Source of the DNA: Cetorhinus maximus
Lineage: Eukaryota
Reading direction: 5' to 3'
Assembly: GCF_964194155.1 (NCBI RefSeq)
Contig: NC_135888.1
Coordinates: 104,470,001-104,534,000 of the forward strand
DNA length: 64,000 nucleotides
A program made the translations under genes and the position numbers. This document shows, piece after piece, positions 48,970 through 60,659 of the stretch. Every line of letters starts with the position of its first letter. The first letter of the stretch is position 1. The notes under the pieces are model-generated. The model did not search any database and was not told the origin of the DNA. It worked only from the letters and a program-made list of their open reading frames with translations.

Positions 48970-50705
48970 AATCGTAGAATAATAGAGTAGTTGCAGCACA
49001 GAAGGAGGCTATTTGGTCTGTACCAGCTCTCTGTAAGAGCTATGTAGCTATTCCCACCACCCCCCACCCCGTCTTTTCACCATAGCCCTGCAAATTTTTA
49101 ACTCTTTGGATAATTAACCAATTCCCTTTTGAAAGCCAGGATTGAATCTGCCTCCACCACAATCTCAGGCAGTGCATTCCAGAACCTAACCACACACTGG
49201 GTAAAAAAAGTATTTTCTCACGTCGCCTCTGGTTCTTTTGCCATTCATCTTAGATCATTTCAACCTGGGCCCTTCCGACAATGGAACGCTTTCTCTCTAT
49301 CTACTCTGTCTAAATGCTCCTATCAAATGTCCTCTCAATCTGCTCTAAAGAGAACTGCACCAGCTTCTCCAATCTAACCTGATAACTGATGTCTCTTATC
49401 CCTGTAAACATTCTTGTCAATCTTTTCTGCACCATCTCCCATGCCTTCACATCCTTCCTAAGTGTGGTGCCCAATTTCAGCTGAGACAGAACCAGTGTCC
49501 TGTAAGTGTTCACCAAAGCTTCCTTGCATTTGTACTCTATGGGCCGAATTCTTCAGTCGGTGTGCGGGGGCAAGCCCGACATGCCGACATGTAAAATGAC
49601 GCACGATGATGTCAGGCGTGCGTCCCAACGTCACCGCGTGCCATTGCAATATTTCGTTCGGCAGGCGCGGGCTGGAGTCGGTTGCGCGCCTGCTGAAATG
49701 TAAACGGCCTATTAAGGCCATTAAGAAATTAATTGAAGCCACTTGTGAACCCTGCCCATCCAGCCTTACGGTAGGTGGGCAGGCGAAAAGCCCAAGCAGC
49801 CTACATGTTTTTTAGGAAACCTCATCCACGAGCGGGATGAGGTTTCCTAAAGCTTTTATTAAATAAATAAATACATTTTCATAAATATAAAAACATGTCC
49901 CAACTCATGTGACACAGCCACATGAGGGGATATGTTTAAATAAATTTTTACACCTTTTATTTAATAATTTTAATATAGATTCAATCTCCCTGATATATTG
50001 TGCCTCAGGGAGATTGAAGCACTTTTCCGTGTGCATGCGCGAAAGAGCGCTGGCCCCGACTCTCCCTCCTCCCCCCGCCCGCACAGATAGCGCTGAATGC
50101 CACCGGTTGCGTCTTACCATAGGCGGATCTTAATTGACCTGCCCGTGTGAAATGGTGACGTGGAACCGATCGCAGGCGGCGATCGGCTCTGCGCCTGCCT
50201 CCGCCCGCTCCCGCTGAGCCCGCCTGCCATATGAAAAAGTCTGCTCTATGCCTCATTTATAAAGCCCAGGATGCTGTATGCCTCATTAACCGCTTTCTCA
50301 GCCTGCTCTGCCACCTTCAATGATTTGCGTGCATATACCCAGGGCCCTTCTGTTCTTGCATCCAATGTTGAATTGTATTCTTTGTTTTATGTTGCCTTTC
50401 CTCATTCTTCCTCCCAAAATTTACCACTTCACGCTTCTCTGCATTAAATTTCATCTGTATATCTGTCCATTCCACCAGCCTGTCTATGTGCTCTTGAGGT
50501 CTATCACTATCCTCCTTACTGTTCACAATATTTCCAAGTTTTGTTTCACCTGCTAATTTTGAAATTATGTCCTACACACTCAAATCTAGGTTATCAACAT
50601 AGATCAAGAAAAGCAGTGGTCCTTATACAGACCCCTGGGGAACCCCACTATACACCCTCATCCAGTTTGAAAATTAACCATTCACTGCTTCTCTCTGTTT
50701 CCTTT
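48970..50705 (-). mobile_element. CR1 LINE 3' portion split by MITE 49541-50246
   Basis: GVPQGSV*GP, DSDRPQEHIDRLVEW..MKFNAEK, VQKRLTRM..ISYQVRLEKL. Sequence is continuous across the MITE (GTACTC-TAT-GCCTC). Confidence 0.85.
49541..50246. mobile_element. ~700-bp Harbinger MITE
   Basis: TIRs GGGCCGAATTCT / AAAAGTCTGCTC, TSD TAT/TAT. Confidence 0.9.
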
Positions 50706-52579
50706 TACTTGGAATCCTATTACGGATATCACAGTGACATCGACCATCCTACAGTTCATTCACTCAGATGTTAAACTACTGCGGTTTAAATCAAATGTCA
50801 AGGCCTGAGCTGATTTTGAAGAGAAGTTGAGTAACATCCATGGGAACATAGGAATATAGGAATAGCTCCTTGAGACTGTTCCACCACTCAATCAAATCAT
50901 AGCTGTGTGACCAACTTTTACTCCACAACTCTTAGTACCTTTGGCTATCAAAAATCTATCAATTTCAGTTTTAAAATCAAAAATTGATTTAGCGCCAATT
51001 GCCATTTGCAGAAGAAAGTTTCAAACAGTGTACTGATCAGTGCTCATTGCCAAGGACATTAAGCTTTGCTCTCCATAGGAAAGAAAGCAGATCAAATTGT
51101 GAAATGTGATCTTCAAACACAAGTACATATCTGGCAATTTCGTGTAATAAAAATGAATTTATTTAACCAGCATAAAATAGTGACCCTTGCCTTAGGTTTA
51201 TTTTCAGGGCTATTTTAGAGTTGTTAAAGTTTCACGTTTTTTAGCAGTTTCTTTTCTTGAGCAAGCTTTTCACCTTTGTTGGTTTTCCAGGTTGGTATGT
51301 GTTGCTGGTATGCATCCTTTTGTCATTATTTGTGTGAGCCTTGACTGAATGTTGACAAGGTCTTCAACCCTCACATATATCACAGCCCCAAGCTTAATCC
51401 TGCACTTATCCTACATGCAGGGGTTGCTGGATAGTGAGCAGGCTTTTTAACCCAGCCACACTAAGGTCAAGTGTAGCACCAACATTTTCTTTCCAGCTGA
51501 GAGAATTACCTCAAGCCTGACCAGGCATTGAACAGTGTACTACACAGTGGGCCTTCTTCATGTGTATAGCTCAGCTACTCACTGATACGGTGAAGGTGTC
51601 CATAATTCTAAATAATAAGTGGCTGAAGGACGTTTTTAAAAATGAATTAGTCAAAACTGATTAAATGTACAATCCATCTAATGAAGCATACAACTAATGA
51701 ATGTGCCAATTAATAAGTACAACACTTTCAACTAAATCAAAGGCTTAAAATTTCAACGTCCTTGATTGTCAACCTCTTTCTGTCACACAGAGCGACACAG
51801 TAGCTGAGATCCTTGCGATCAGTGGTTAGAGCTTTGGCATTCATTAAGATTGCAAGGAGCTTCTCTTTTGTATTGCTATGTGCACCACTTTAAGTTGCCT
51901 GCTTCACTTCAACTTCTGTTTCTCTCTGATAAGCTCCAGCTGAAATAATGTTAAAGAAGATTATTCCCTGAGGGACTTCAAAGAAAAGTTGAAAGTTTGT
52001 GAAGTCATTAAAAAAAAAATGAGAACATGTTCTTTCATCTCCAGCACCTAAAATGTTTGCACCTTCAGGAAAGTGCTTTCTGCATAGTGAGGGAACATTT
52101 CAACAATTATTTTGTTTCATTTTATAAAACATTTTACATAAAAGACTGCATTTTAACATGTATTGAACAGTGCAATTTCACATTTTCTACTTTCTTTAAT
52201 TTAAATTATTAGTGGCACCTTTTCTAGTGAAATGATACAACTTGATAAGCAATATTTGGAAGCAATGTAACAGTCAACTGAGATAATTCCTCAGAGATGA
52301 ATTGAGAAACTATTGTTTGCAAACACTGTTTGTACACTTCTGGTCAGCACCTTCAGGGGATCTGGAACTCATATATCCAATTTCAGCCCATTGTATGGCT
52401 GTCATGAATTTGCAGGCCTTTTTATGACGTTTAATGGGTCACCTTCAAAACTACTACATTCATGCATTACATGTGTGATAATGTACACTTGATTACATGT
52501 GATATGTATACAGCTTGCATGTTAAATGAACGCTTGATAATTCTCATTTGGAGAATAATCACATTGTAGCAATTACATT

Positions 52580-52885
52580 CCAAGGTGGCATATAATTGGC
52601 AAATTAATTTCATTATAGATAAGCGTGAGGTGGTACATTTTGGTAGGAGGGAAAAGGTAGAAGGCATTATGCTCCTTGTAATTAATTCTCTAAATAGGGG
52701 AGAGGATTAGAGGGGAAGTGCAAAGTGATAATACAGATGCAAAAATCACTGAAAGTAGCAACACAGGGTAATAAGGCCACAAGAAAAGCAAACAAAACAC
52801 TGAGGTTCATTACTGGAGTGAAAGAATTGAAAAGCAGAGAAGTTATGTTATACTTGTATTGAACTTTATTTAGACAACACTTGCA
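52580..52885 (+). mobile_element. CR1 RT fragment
   Basis: WQINFIIDKREVVHFGR, KANKTLRFI..KSREVMLYLY. Confidence 0.7.
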
Positions 52886-53099
52886 GGCCTACCTGCAAAG
52901 TTCTACTGCAGGAGGTGCCACTAGCCATTCTTCTCACACAGTATGTGTAGAGTGTGGCACATGAAGATTTGTGTCCCTTGCATGCGTCTGAAGTCACTGA
53001 AAGTGCGCAATTACTGATGTTACTGACTTCAAGGGCTGGTGCAATACATAAGTGGTAAGATTGGTCAAGGAATGTGGAGGAAATTCACCCCCTCCTTTT

Positions 53100-56000
53100 A
53101 TCCTTTCATGGGATGTGGGTGTTGCTGGCTAGGCCAGCTTTTATTACCCACCCCTAATTGCACTTGAGAAGGCGGAGGTGAGCTGCCTTCTTGAACAGTT
53201 GCAGTCCATGTAGTGTAGGTACACCCACAGTGCCATTAGGGAGGGAGTTCCAGCATTTTGTTCCAGTGACAGTGAAGGAACGGCGATATAGTTCCAAGTC
53301 AGGATGGTGTATGGCTTGGAGGGGAACTTGCAGGTGGTGTTGCTCCCTTGCATCTGCTGTTTTTGTACTTCTAAGTGGTAGAGGTCATGGGTTTGGAAGG
53401 TGCTGTTGAGCTGCAGCTTTGGTGAATTGCTGCAGTGCATCTTGTCAAGGGAAGACACTGCTGCTACTGTGCGTCAGTAGTGGAGGGAGTGGATGATGAA
53501 GGTGGTGGATGGAGTTCAAATATTTGCCCTGCTTTGTCCTGGTTGGTGTCAAGCTTCTTGAGTGTTGTTGGAGCTGCACTCATCCAGTCAAATGGAGAGT
53601 ATTCCATCACAGTCCTGACTTGTGCCTTGTAGATGGCTTTGGGGAGTCAGGAGGTGAGTTACTCTCCACAAAATTCCCAGCCTTTGGCCTGCTCTTATAA
53701 TCACAGTATTCATATGGCTAATTCAATTCAGTTTCTGATTAATTTTAACCCCCAGGATGTTGATATTCAGCGATGGTACTGCATTGAATGTCAAGGGGCA
53801 ATGTTTAGATTCTCTCTTGTTGGAGATGGCCATTGCCTGGCACTTGTGTGGTGCAAATGTCACTTATCAGCCCAAGCCTGAATGTTGTCCAGGTCTTGCT
53901 GCATGTGGGCACAGACTGCTTCAGTATCTGAAGAGTTTCAAACGGTGCTGAACATTGTGCAATCATTAGCAAACACCCTCACTTCTGACTTTGTGATGAA
54001 GGACAGATCATTGATGAAGCAGCTGAAGATGGTTGGGCCCGGGACACTACCCTGAGGAACTCCTGCAGCGATGTCCTGGGACTGAGATCAGTGATTTCCA
54101 ACAACCACAATCATCTTCCTTTGTGCTAGATATGACTCCAACCAGTGGAGATTTTCCCCTGATTCTCATTGACTCCAATTTTGGTAGGGCTCCTTGATGC
54201 CACACACTGTCAAATGTGGCCTTGTTGTCAAGGGCAGTCACTCTCTCCTCACCTCTGGAGTTCAACTCTTTTGTCCATGTTTGAACCAAGGCTACAATGA
54301 GATCAGAAGCTGAGTGGCCCTGGTAGAACCTAAACTGAGCATCAGTGAGCAGGTTATTGCTGAGTAAACGTCGCTTGATAGCACTGTCAACTATAATATT
54401 CCTTCCATCACTATGATGATGATTGAGAGCAGACTGAAGGGGCGGTAATTGGCTCGGTTGGGTTTGTCCTGCCTTTTGTGGACAGGACATACCAGGACAA
54501 TTTTCCACATTGTCAGGTAAACGCCAGTATTGTAGCTGTGCTGGAACAGCTTGGCTAAGGGTGCAGCCAGTTCTGGAGCAAAAGTCTTCAGTAGTATTTC
54601 TGGAATGTTATCAGGGCCCATAGATTTTGCAGTGTCCAGCGCCTTCAGCTGTTTCTTGCTATTACGTGGAGTGAATCGCGTTGGCTGAAGACTGGCATCT
54701 ATGATGCTGGGGACCTCAGGAGGAGGCCGAGATCAATCATCCACTCGGCACTTCTGGTTGAAGATTGTTGCAAATGCTTCAGCCTTGTCTTTTGCACTGA
54801 TATGCTGGGTACCCACATCATTGAGGATGGAGATATTGTGGAACATCCTCCTCCTATTGGTTGTGCAATTGTTCACCACCATTCATGACTGGGTGTAGCA
54901 GGACAGCAGAACTTAGATTGTTGGTTGCGGGATTGCTTAACTCTATCTACTACACACTGCTTTCGCTGTTTGTGTTATAGCTTCGCCAGGTTGACACCTC
55001 ATTTTTAGGTGTGCCTGGTGTTGTTCCTGGCATGCACTCCTGCACTTTCCATTGAACTAGGGTTGATCCCCTGGTTTGTTGATAATGGTAGAGTGGGGGA
55101 TATGCCGGGCCATGAGATTACAGATTGTATTTGTATGCAATTCTGCTGCTCTTGATAGCCCACAGTGCCTCATGGATGCCCAATTTTGAGTTGCTGGATC
55201 TGCTTGAAATCTATCCCATTTAGCACGGTGGTAGTGCCACACAACACGATGGAGGGTATCCTCAATGTGAAGGCGGCACCTTGTCTCCAGAAGGACTGTG
55301 CAGTGGTCACTCCTACCGATACTGTCATGGACAGATGCCTCTGTGACAGGTAGATTGGTGAGGACCAGGTCAAGTATGTTTTTCCCTCTTGGTTCCCTCA
55401 CCACCTGCCGCAGACCCAGTCTAGCAGCTATGTCCTTTAGGACTCGGCCAGCTGGGTCAGTTGTGGTGCTACCGAGCCACTCTTGGTGATGAAGACCTCC
55501 AGGTCAGAGCACAATCTGTGCTCTTGCCACCCTCAATGCTTCTTCCAAGTGGTGTTCAACATGGATGAGTACTGATTCATCAGCTCAGGGGGTGGGAGGT
55601 GTGGGGTAGGTGGTAATTAGCAGGAGGTTTCCTTTTCCATGTTTGACCTGATGCTATGTGACTTCATGGGGTTTTAGAGAATTCCCAGGGCAATTCCCTC
55701 CCAACTGTATACCACTATGCTGCCACCCCTGGTGGCTCTGTCCTGTCAGTGGGGACAGGGATGGTGATAATGGTGTCTGAGACATTGTCTGTCAGGTATG
55801 ATTCCATGAGTATGACTATGCCAGGCTATTGCTTGATTAGCCTGTGGGACAGTTCTCCCAATTTTGGCACAAGCCTTAGTAAGGAGGACTTTGCAGGGTT
55901 GACTGTGCTTGCCCTTGTCATTTTCAGTATCTAGGTCATTGCCAGGTGGTCCATGTGGTTTTGGATACAACTGAGTGGCTTGCCAGGCCATTTCAGAGGT

Positions 56001-56290
56001 CACTTAAGAATAAACCACATTGCTGTGTGTCTGAAGTTACATGTGGGCCAGACCAGATGAGGGCGGCAGATTTCCTTCCCTAAGAGACGTTAGTGAACCA
56101 GGTTGGTTTTTATGACAATCAACAATGGTTTCATAATCACTATTACCAAGACTAGCTTTTTAATTCCAGATTTATTAACAGAATTTAAGCTCCACCAGCT
56201 GCTGTGGTGGTGTTCAAGCCCATGTACCCAGAGAGTTAGCCTGGACCCTGGATTACTAGTTTGATGATATTACCACTATGCCACAATGCC
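53100..56290 (-). mobile_element. Apparently full-length (~3.2 kb) single-ORF APE-RT LINE of the CR1/L2 group with a tRNA-like 5' head, decayed
   Basis: A box TGGCATAGTGG (56283-56273). APE: KLGELSHRL..IVILMESYL, LDLVLTNL..GRSDH. RT: GPDNIP..LAKLFQHSY..NYRPFSLLS, ALDNKATFDSVWH, GVPQGSVPGP. Shared 3' tail. Confidence 0.88.
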
Positions 56291-56599
56291 ACAACCAATG
56301 TTAGGACAGAGGATGTGCCCTCTCCCAGGCCTATTTAAAAGGTCATTCAACAAGTTGCAGTTGAGGTGGTTTTGACTTACTTACACTCAGGCAAAGTTTT
56401 GATGAGTTGTGGGAGGAAAATTTGGAGGATTCTGCTGGCCACAGAAAGGCAGAAAATACTATAGCCTTGCATAGGTATAGGGATACCAAATGAACAGGAG
56501 GGTACTCAGTTAAATCATGATGCATGTGTGCCTGCAGCAACAACCCTCCTGCACTTCAACTGTATAGACAATGTCTCTGACCTGCTTGGCATTGAGTAT

Positions 56600-56760
56600 G
56601 AATTTTCCCATGTTCAATGATTCTTGCCTCACTTTATAGCAAAGTTGCAGAGTGTGCAAAGTGTGATGATGATTCTGGAGACTTTGGGGATGTACTGTCA
56701 GGCACCCCTGACTCACCTACATCAAAGTACCAGTGATACGCTCAACATTGATCCCAGAGT
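56600..56760 (-). pseudogene. Relic of a Harbinger transposase C-terminus
   Basis: NVERITGTL..QYIPKVSRIIITLCTLCNFAI resembles VERAISLLK..YSPDRVSPTVIACCTLHNL. Confidence 0.5.
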
Positions 56761-56784
56761 TTGCATGTGTCTTATCGGTTCTAT

Positions 56785-56896
56785 GGCTGGGCTTTTACAG
56801 CCCCGTCATGGTAGGACCCACTGCGGGGGATGCAGTGGACCAGCCAAAAGTCCATTGACTTTCGGCGAACTGGACAATGGCCGGAAAATCCCACCC
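56785..56896. mobile_element. ~125-bp Harbinger MITE (112 bp)
   Basis: Closely similar to 14002-14128 (CAGCCAAAAGTC.ATTGACTTTC..GGCCGGAAAATCCCACCC), flanks TAT/TCT. Confidence 0.8.
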
Positions 56897-57659
56897 TCTG
56901 CCTTTGCCCATACCTGCTGTAAAGGTGCCAACAGCTATTACAACAGAAGGTAGCCTTGGTCTCAGATAAGCTTTAAATGACTGACTAAATAGCAACTGCT
57001 TCTGGATACATTAAACCATCATGGGTGCTTCTTGCTACAAGTGCATTGTTCCTGCGATTGTAATTGGGAAAAGGCTCGGGAGATGTTGGTGTTAGCATCT
57101 AATAGGTTGGGGTTTGGGGAAAGACATTTCAAGACTCTGCGTCGTTGAGGCATGCGATCCCAGGCCCGTTAGCACCTCAGTGCCAAGTGCTGGGCCCGTC
57201 GATGTCTCGATGCATGATCCAGGGTCTGGCGGTGGCAGCGCTTGTGACCCTGAGCCGGTTGTCCTCCTGAGGAAACTGATCTGCCTAGATCCCAGAGGGA
57301 GGAATGCCCGGTGGGGGTTTGGATGAGGTGACAGACACTGTCTCCCCAGCTCCCAGCCTACCCAGAAGAGGCGCCACCTCTCAGAGGGGAAGGAGCTCAT
57401 GACTTGTGGGGTCAAATGTGCCTCCTACCCCTACGAAAAGGAGGTAGCGCCCCTACCACGCAAGTCCTCATCCTGTCCTCTGGGTGAGGTACAGGAACCT
57501 GACACTTTGTCGCAGTCCCCTGGGCAGGGCCCCTTGGGGGGTCAGTGAGGGTACTACCATAGTGGCGGCCCATCCTGTACTCCCAAGGTGCCATCTGGCC
57601 TGCCAGGCGACTGCGACAGCCCCTTAACTGCTCCAAATGCTGGGTCTGGAATGTTATCC

Positions 57660-59820
57660 ACTTTTACCAGAGGATTGGTCTGTCGAGTGCCTTTCTGTCT
57701 CTTGACCAGGAGAAGGCGTTCGAGAGAGTGGAGCACGAATATTTATTCAGGACTCTGTGAGCATTTGGGCTTGGGATGCATTTCGTCACCCGGATCCGAC
57801 TTCTGTACGCTGCTGCAGAGTGTCTAGTCAAGGCTAATGGGTACCTGATGGTGCCCCTTCACTTTGGGAGAGGAGTGCACCAGGTCTGCCCCCTGTCTGG
57901 CCAATTGTATTCTATCTGAGTGGAGCCTTTCCTGCGCCTCTTGTGGAGGAAGGCATTGGGATTGGTTCTGCATGGGCTGGGCATCAGGGTGGTCCTCTCG
58001 GCTTACGCCGATGACGTGCTCCTCATGACCCAGCTGACCTGAGAAGGGTGCGCGAGTGCCAGGAGGTGTACTCCACTGCGTCCTCTGCCAGAATCAACTG
58101 CGGCAAGTGTTCTGGACTCCTGGTCGGCCCGTGGCAGATGGAACCCCTACCTGAGGAGCTCTGGCCTTTCACCTGCATGAGGACGAGTCTCCCCTACCTG
58201 AGGGTCTACCTCTGCCCCGCTGAGGAATCCTGGCCGGCGAACTGGCAGGAGTTGGAGACCAAAGTCAGCACTCACCTCCAGCGGTGGACAGGACTGCTCC
58301 GAGTGCTGTCCTACCAGGGTCGAGTTCTGGTCATAAACCAGCTGATTGCCGCCATGTTGTGGTACGGGCTGGTCACCTTGACCCCTCCCCCGGACTTTGT
58401 CACAAAAATCCAGAGAATGCTCATCGACTTCTTCTGGGACAGAAGGCTGCATTGGGTTGCTGCTGAGGTTCTGAGTCTCCCGCTTAAGGAGGGTGGTCAG
58501 GCGCTGGTGTGCCTACGCACCCAGGTGGCGACTTTCCACCTTCAGGCCTTGCAGCCATAAATTTACGTAGTGCCCCCTCCTAAATGGTGTGCCCAGGCGA
58601 CATATTTCTCCTGCCGGATGCACGGCCTGAATTACGACATGTAGCTCCTCTTCAGAGGCCCGAGGGGTCTTCATGGCTCCTTGCAGGCGTTACCCGTCTT
58701 TTACCAGGACATGACCAAATTCTGGAACATGGTCGCCTCGCTCTGCAGAGCTCCACTATCAGGTGTAGCAGCTATTGTCAGGGAGCCGCTGCTCAGGAAT
58801 CCGCATCTCCACCCTTTCAGGTGGCTGGCGGAAGGGAGCGCTGTGGCGGCCGAGGTGAACAGAATTGGGGACGTGTTGGCGCTTGTTGGTGTTGGCGCTT
58901 CATGCATCCATGGACATCCAGCACACGGCCAATGCCATCCAAGACCTCAGGACTGTTGTGCTTGGCACACGTGGGCTCGAGGAGGTGCAGGTGCGCGAGT
59001 GGACTCCCATTTGAGCGAACCCCTGCTCAGAAGGAATTCCACATTGGTCCAAAACTCTGAATCCTCCCTCGGGTAGCACAGCCCCGCAACCTGAGCTGCC
59101 TCATGGAAATACCCTCTGTGCCCTTTAGCTCGGTGCGAAGGGGTTTCCTGTATGGGCTACTACTGCACACCCTTCACCGCTCCCCGATACGCTTTGGTGT
59201 GCCTTGTTGCTGTCCAGCAGCGGAGGTCCCCAGTGGAGGGCTTTCTACTTGGGAGTCCTTCACATTATTATCAGGGACCCAGAGTGGAGGATGTGGCATG
59301 CAGCATTCCCATACAACTATGGGATGTGTCAATTCAAGGACTCCCAGGATGCCTGTGCATTTTGCAGGTTTGTGGAATGTGTGGACCATGTCGATGTTTC
59401 ATTTTGTAGACTGCACCCCCTTTTTAGCTTATTTAAAAAGCCTTTTGCTTTTGTTTTGGTTGCAGTTCAGTTCAGTCCCACACTCCTGTTCTTCAGATAC
59501 CTGGTGCGGGGAGGGGCGGGGACGGAGGAACTTGCTCCTGGGCCTGGCCATCAACAGGTCCAGGCAGTTGGTGACCGAGGGGCCCGTCTGGCCTAACTGT
59601 CTGCCCCACTTCCGCAGCTACGTTCACAGCTGGATGTCCTTGGAGAGGGAGGATGCAGTGTCTACCGAGGCCTTCCATGCTCAGTGGGCACTGCGGGGGC
59701 TGGGGTGCTTTATAGATCCTTATAATCACATTTTGGCTTGATGTTTGTAAATTTCCTTTAACGTTTGACTTTTAGTTCGCAGTGTCCCTTTAAGGGGCTG
59801 CATCTTATTTTACCCTTTTG
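57660..59820 (+). mobile_element. Tx1/L1-group non-LTR retrotransposon, 5'-truncated and decayed
   Basis: LSLDQEKAFERVEHEYL, GVHQVCPLSGQLYS, SAYADDV, LSYQGRVLVINQL..LWY, FFWDRRLHWVA..GGQALV, CAFCRFVECVDHV (CCHC). Confidence 0.9.
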
Positions 59821-59839
59821 AGTGCAACAAATTAGACTA

Positions 59840-60045
59840 AATTAAAGGAAACGAGGGACAAAGTAAGAGGTAGCCCTTAAAGGGACGTGGCAAAAGAAAA
59901 CACAAGTCACAAAGAAATCTTGCACCACCAAATCAAAATGTGAGTAGAGGGATCAATAAAGCACTCGGTCCTCATGGTGCCCACTGAGCACAGAAGGCTG
60001 CATCTTGTTTTGTCCCTCATTTTTCCTAATTTAATCAGTTTCATC
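59840..60045. mobile_element. Two further Tx1 3'-end pieces: 59840-59998 (-) and 59996-60045 (+)
   Basis: Reverse complement of 59840-59998 aligns to 59670-59815. 59996-60045 repeats the GGCTGCATCTT..TTT.CCC tail. Confidence 0.75.
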
Positions 60046-60414
60046 GAAAGGAAACAGGGGAGAAGTCAGCTCCGTAGTGAGCAATAAAACTCTCTACTTA
60101 ACCTCTTGTATCCTTCACATCCAGGCTTGGGAGCTAGCCAACAGTTGGCATTCCTGACATTAGAGTCAATCATCTCTGACATATTTATGACGGCAAAAAT
60201 TGATCAATTCTGCCAAAAGTAGATCCTGAATTTCGACATGCAAGGACGTGTCTAAACCGTGACACACATTTCATGTGAAATGTGTTATGAAACACTCAGA
60301 ATTGGTGTGGTAATAACTAATTACTTTTAATTCCAGCTTCCCTGGAATATTCCCATCAAAGAGTAGCAAAATTACATGAGGGAGAAAGGAATTAAAGGAT
60401 ATACTAATAAGGTT

Positions 60415-60515
60415 TAAAAAATAGACTTGCATTTTACAGTACCTTTCACAACCACCAAATATCTCAAAGTGCGTTGAACCCAACGAAGTACTTTTGAAAT
60501 GTAGTCACTGTTGTA
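60415..60515 (-). mobile_element. Deu-SINE 3' tail fragment
   Basis: AGACTTGCATTT..ACCTTTCAC..GAAGTACTTTTGAAATGT matches 2632-2712. Confidence 0.65.
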
Positions 60516-60659
60516 ATGGTGTTAGATGAAGAGGGGGAAGAGGATTCATGTTGGAGCAAAAGCACTAGCATAGACCAGTTGGGCTAAATAATCTGTCTCT
60601 GTGCTGTAAGAAGCTATGTAATCATAGGTACTATGTTGCAGTCACAACACAAAAATGGG

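Noticed and set aside
56200-56290. Genuine tRNA gene (also 43470-43565)
   Set aside because: A and B boxes are present, but the spacing is extended, I could not form a cloverleaf, and the sequence continues into a retroposon body.
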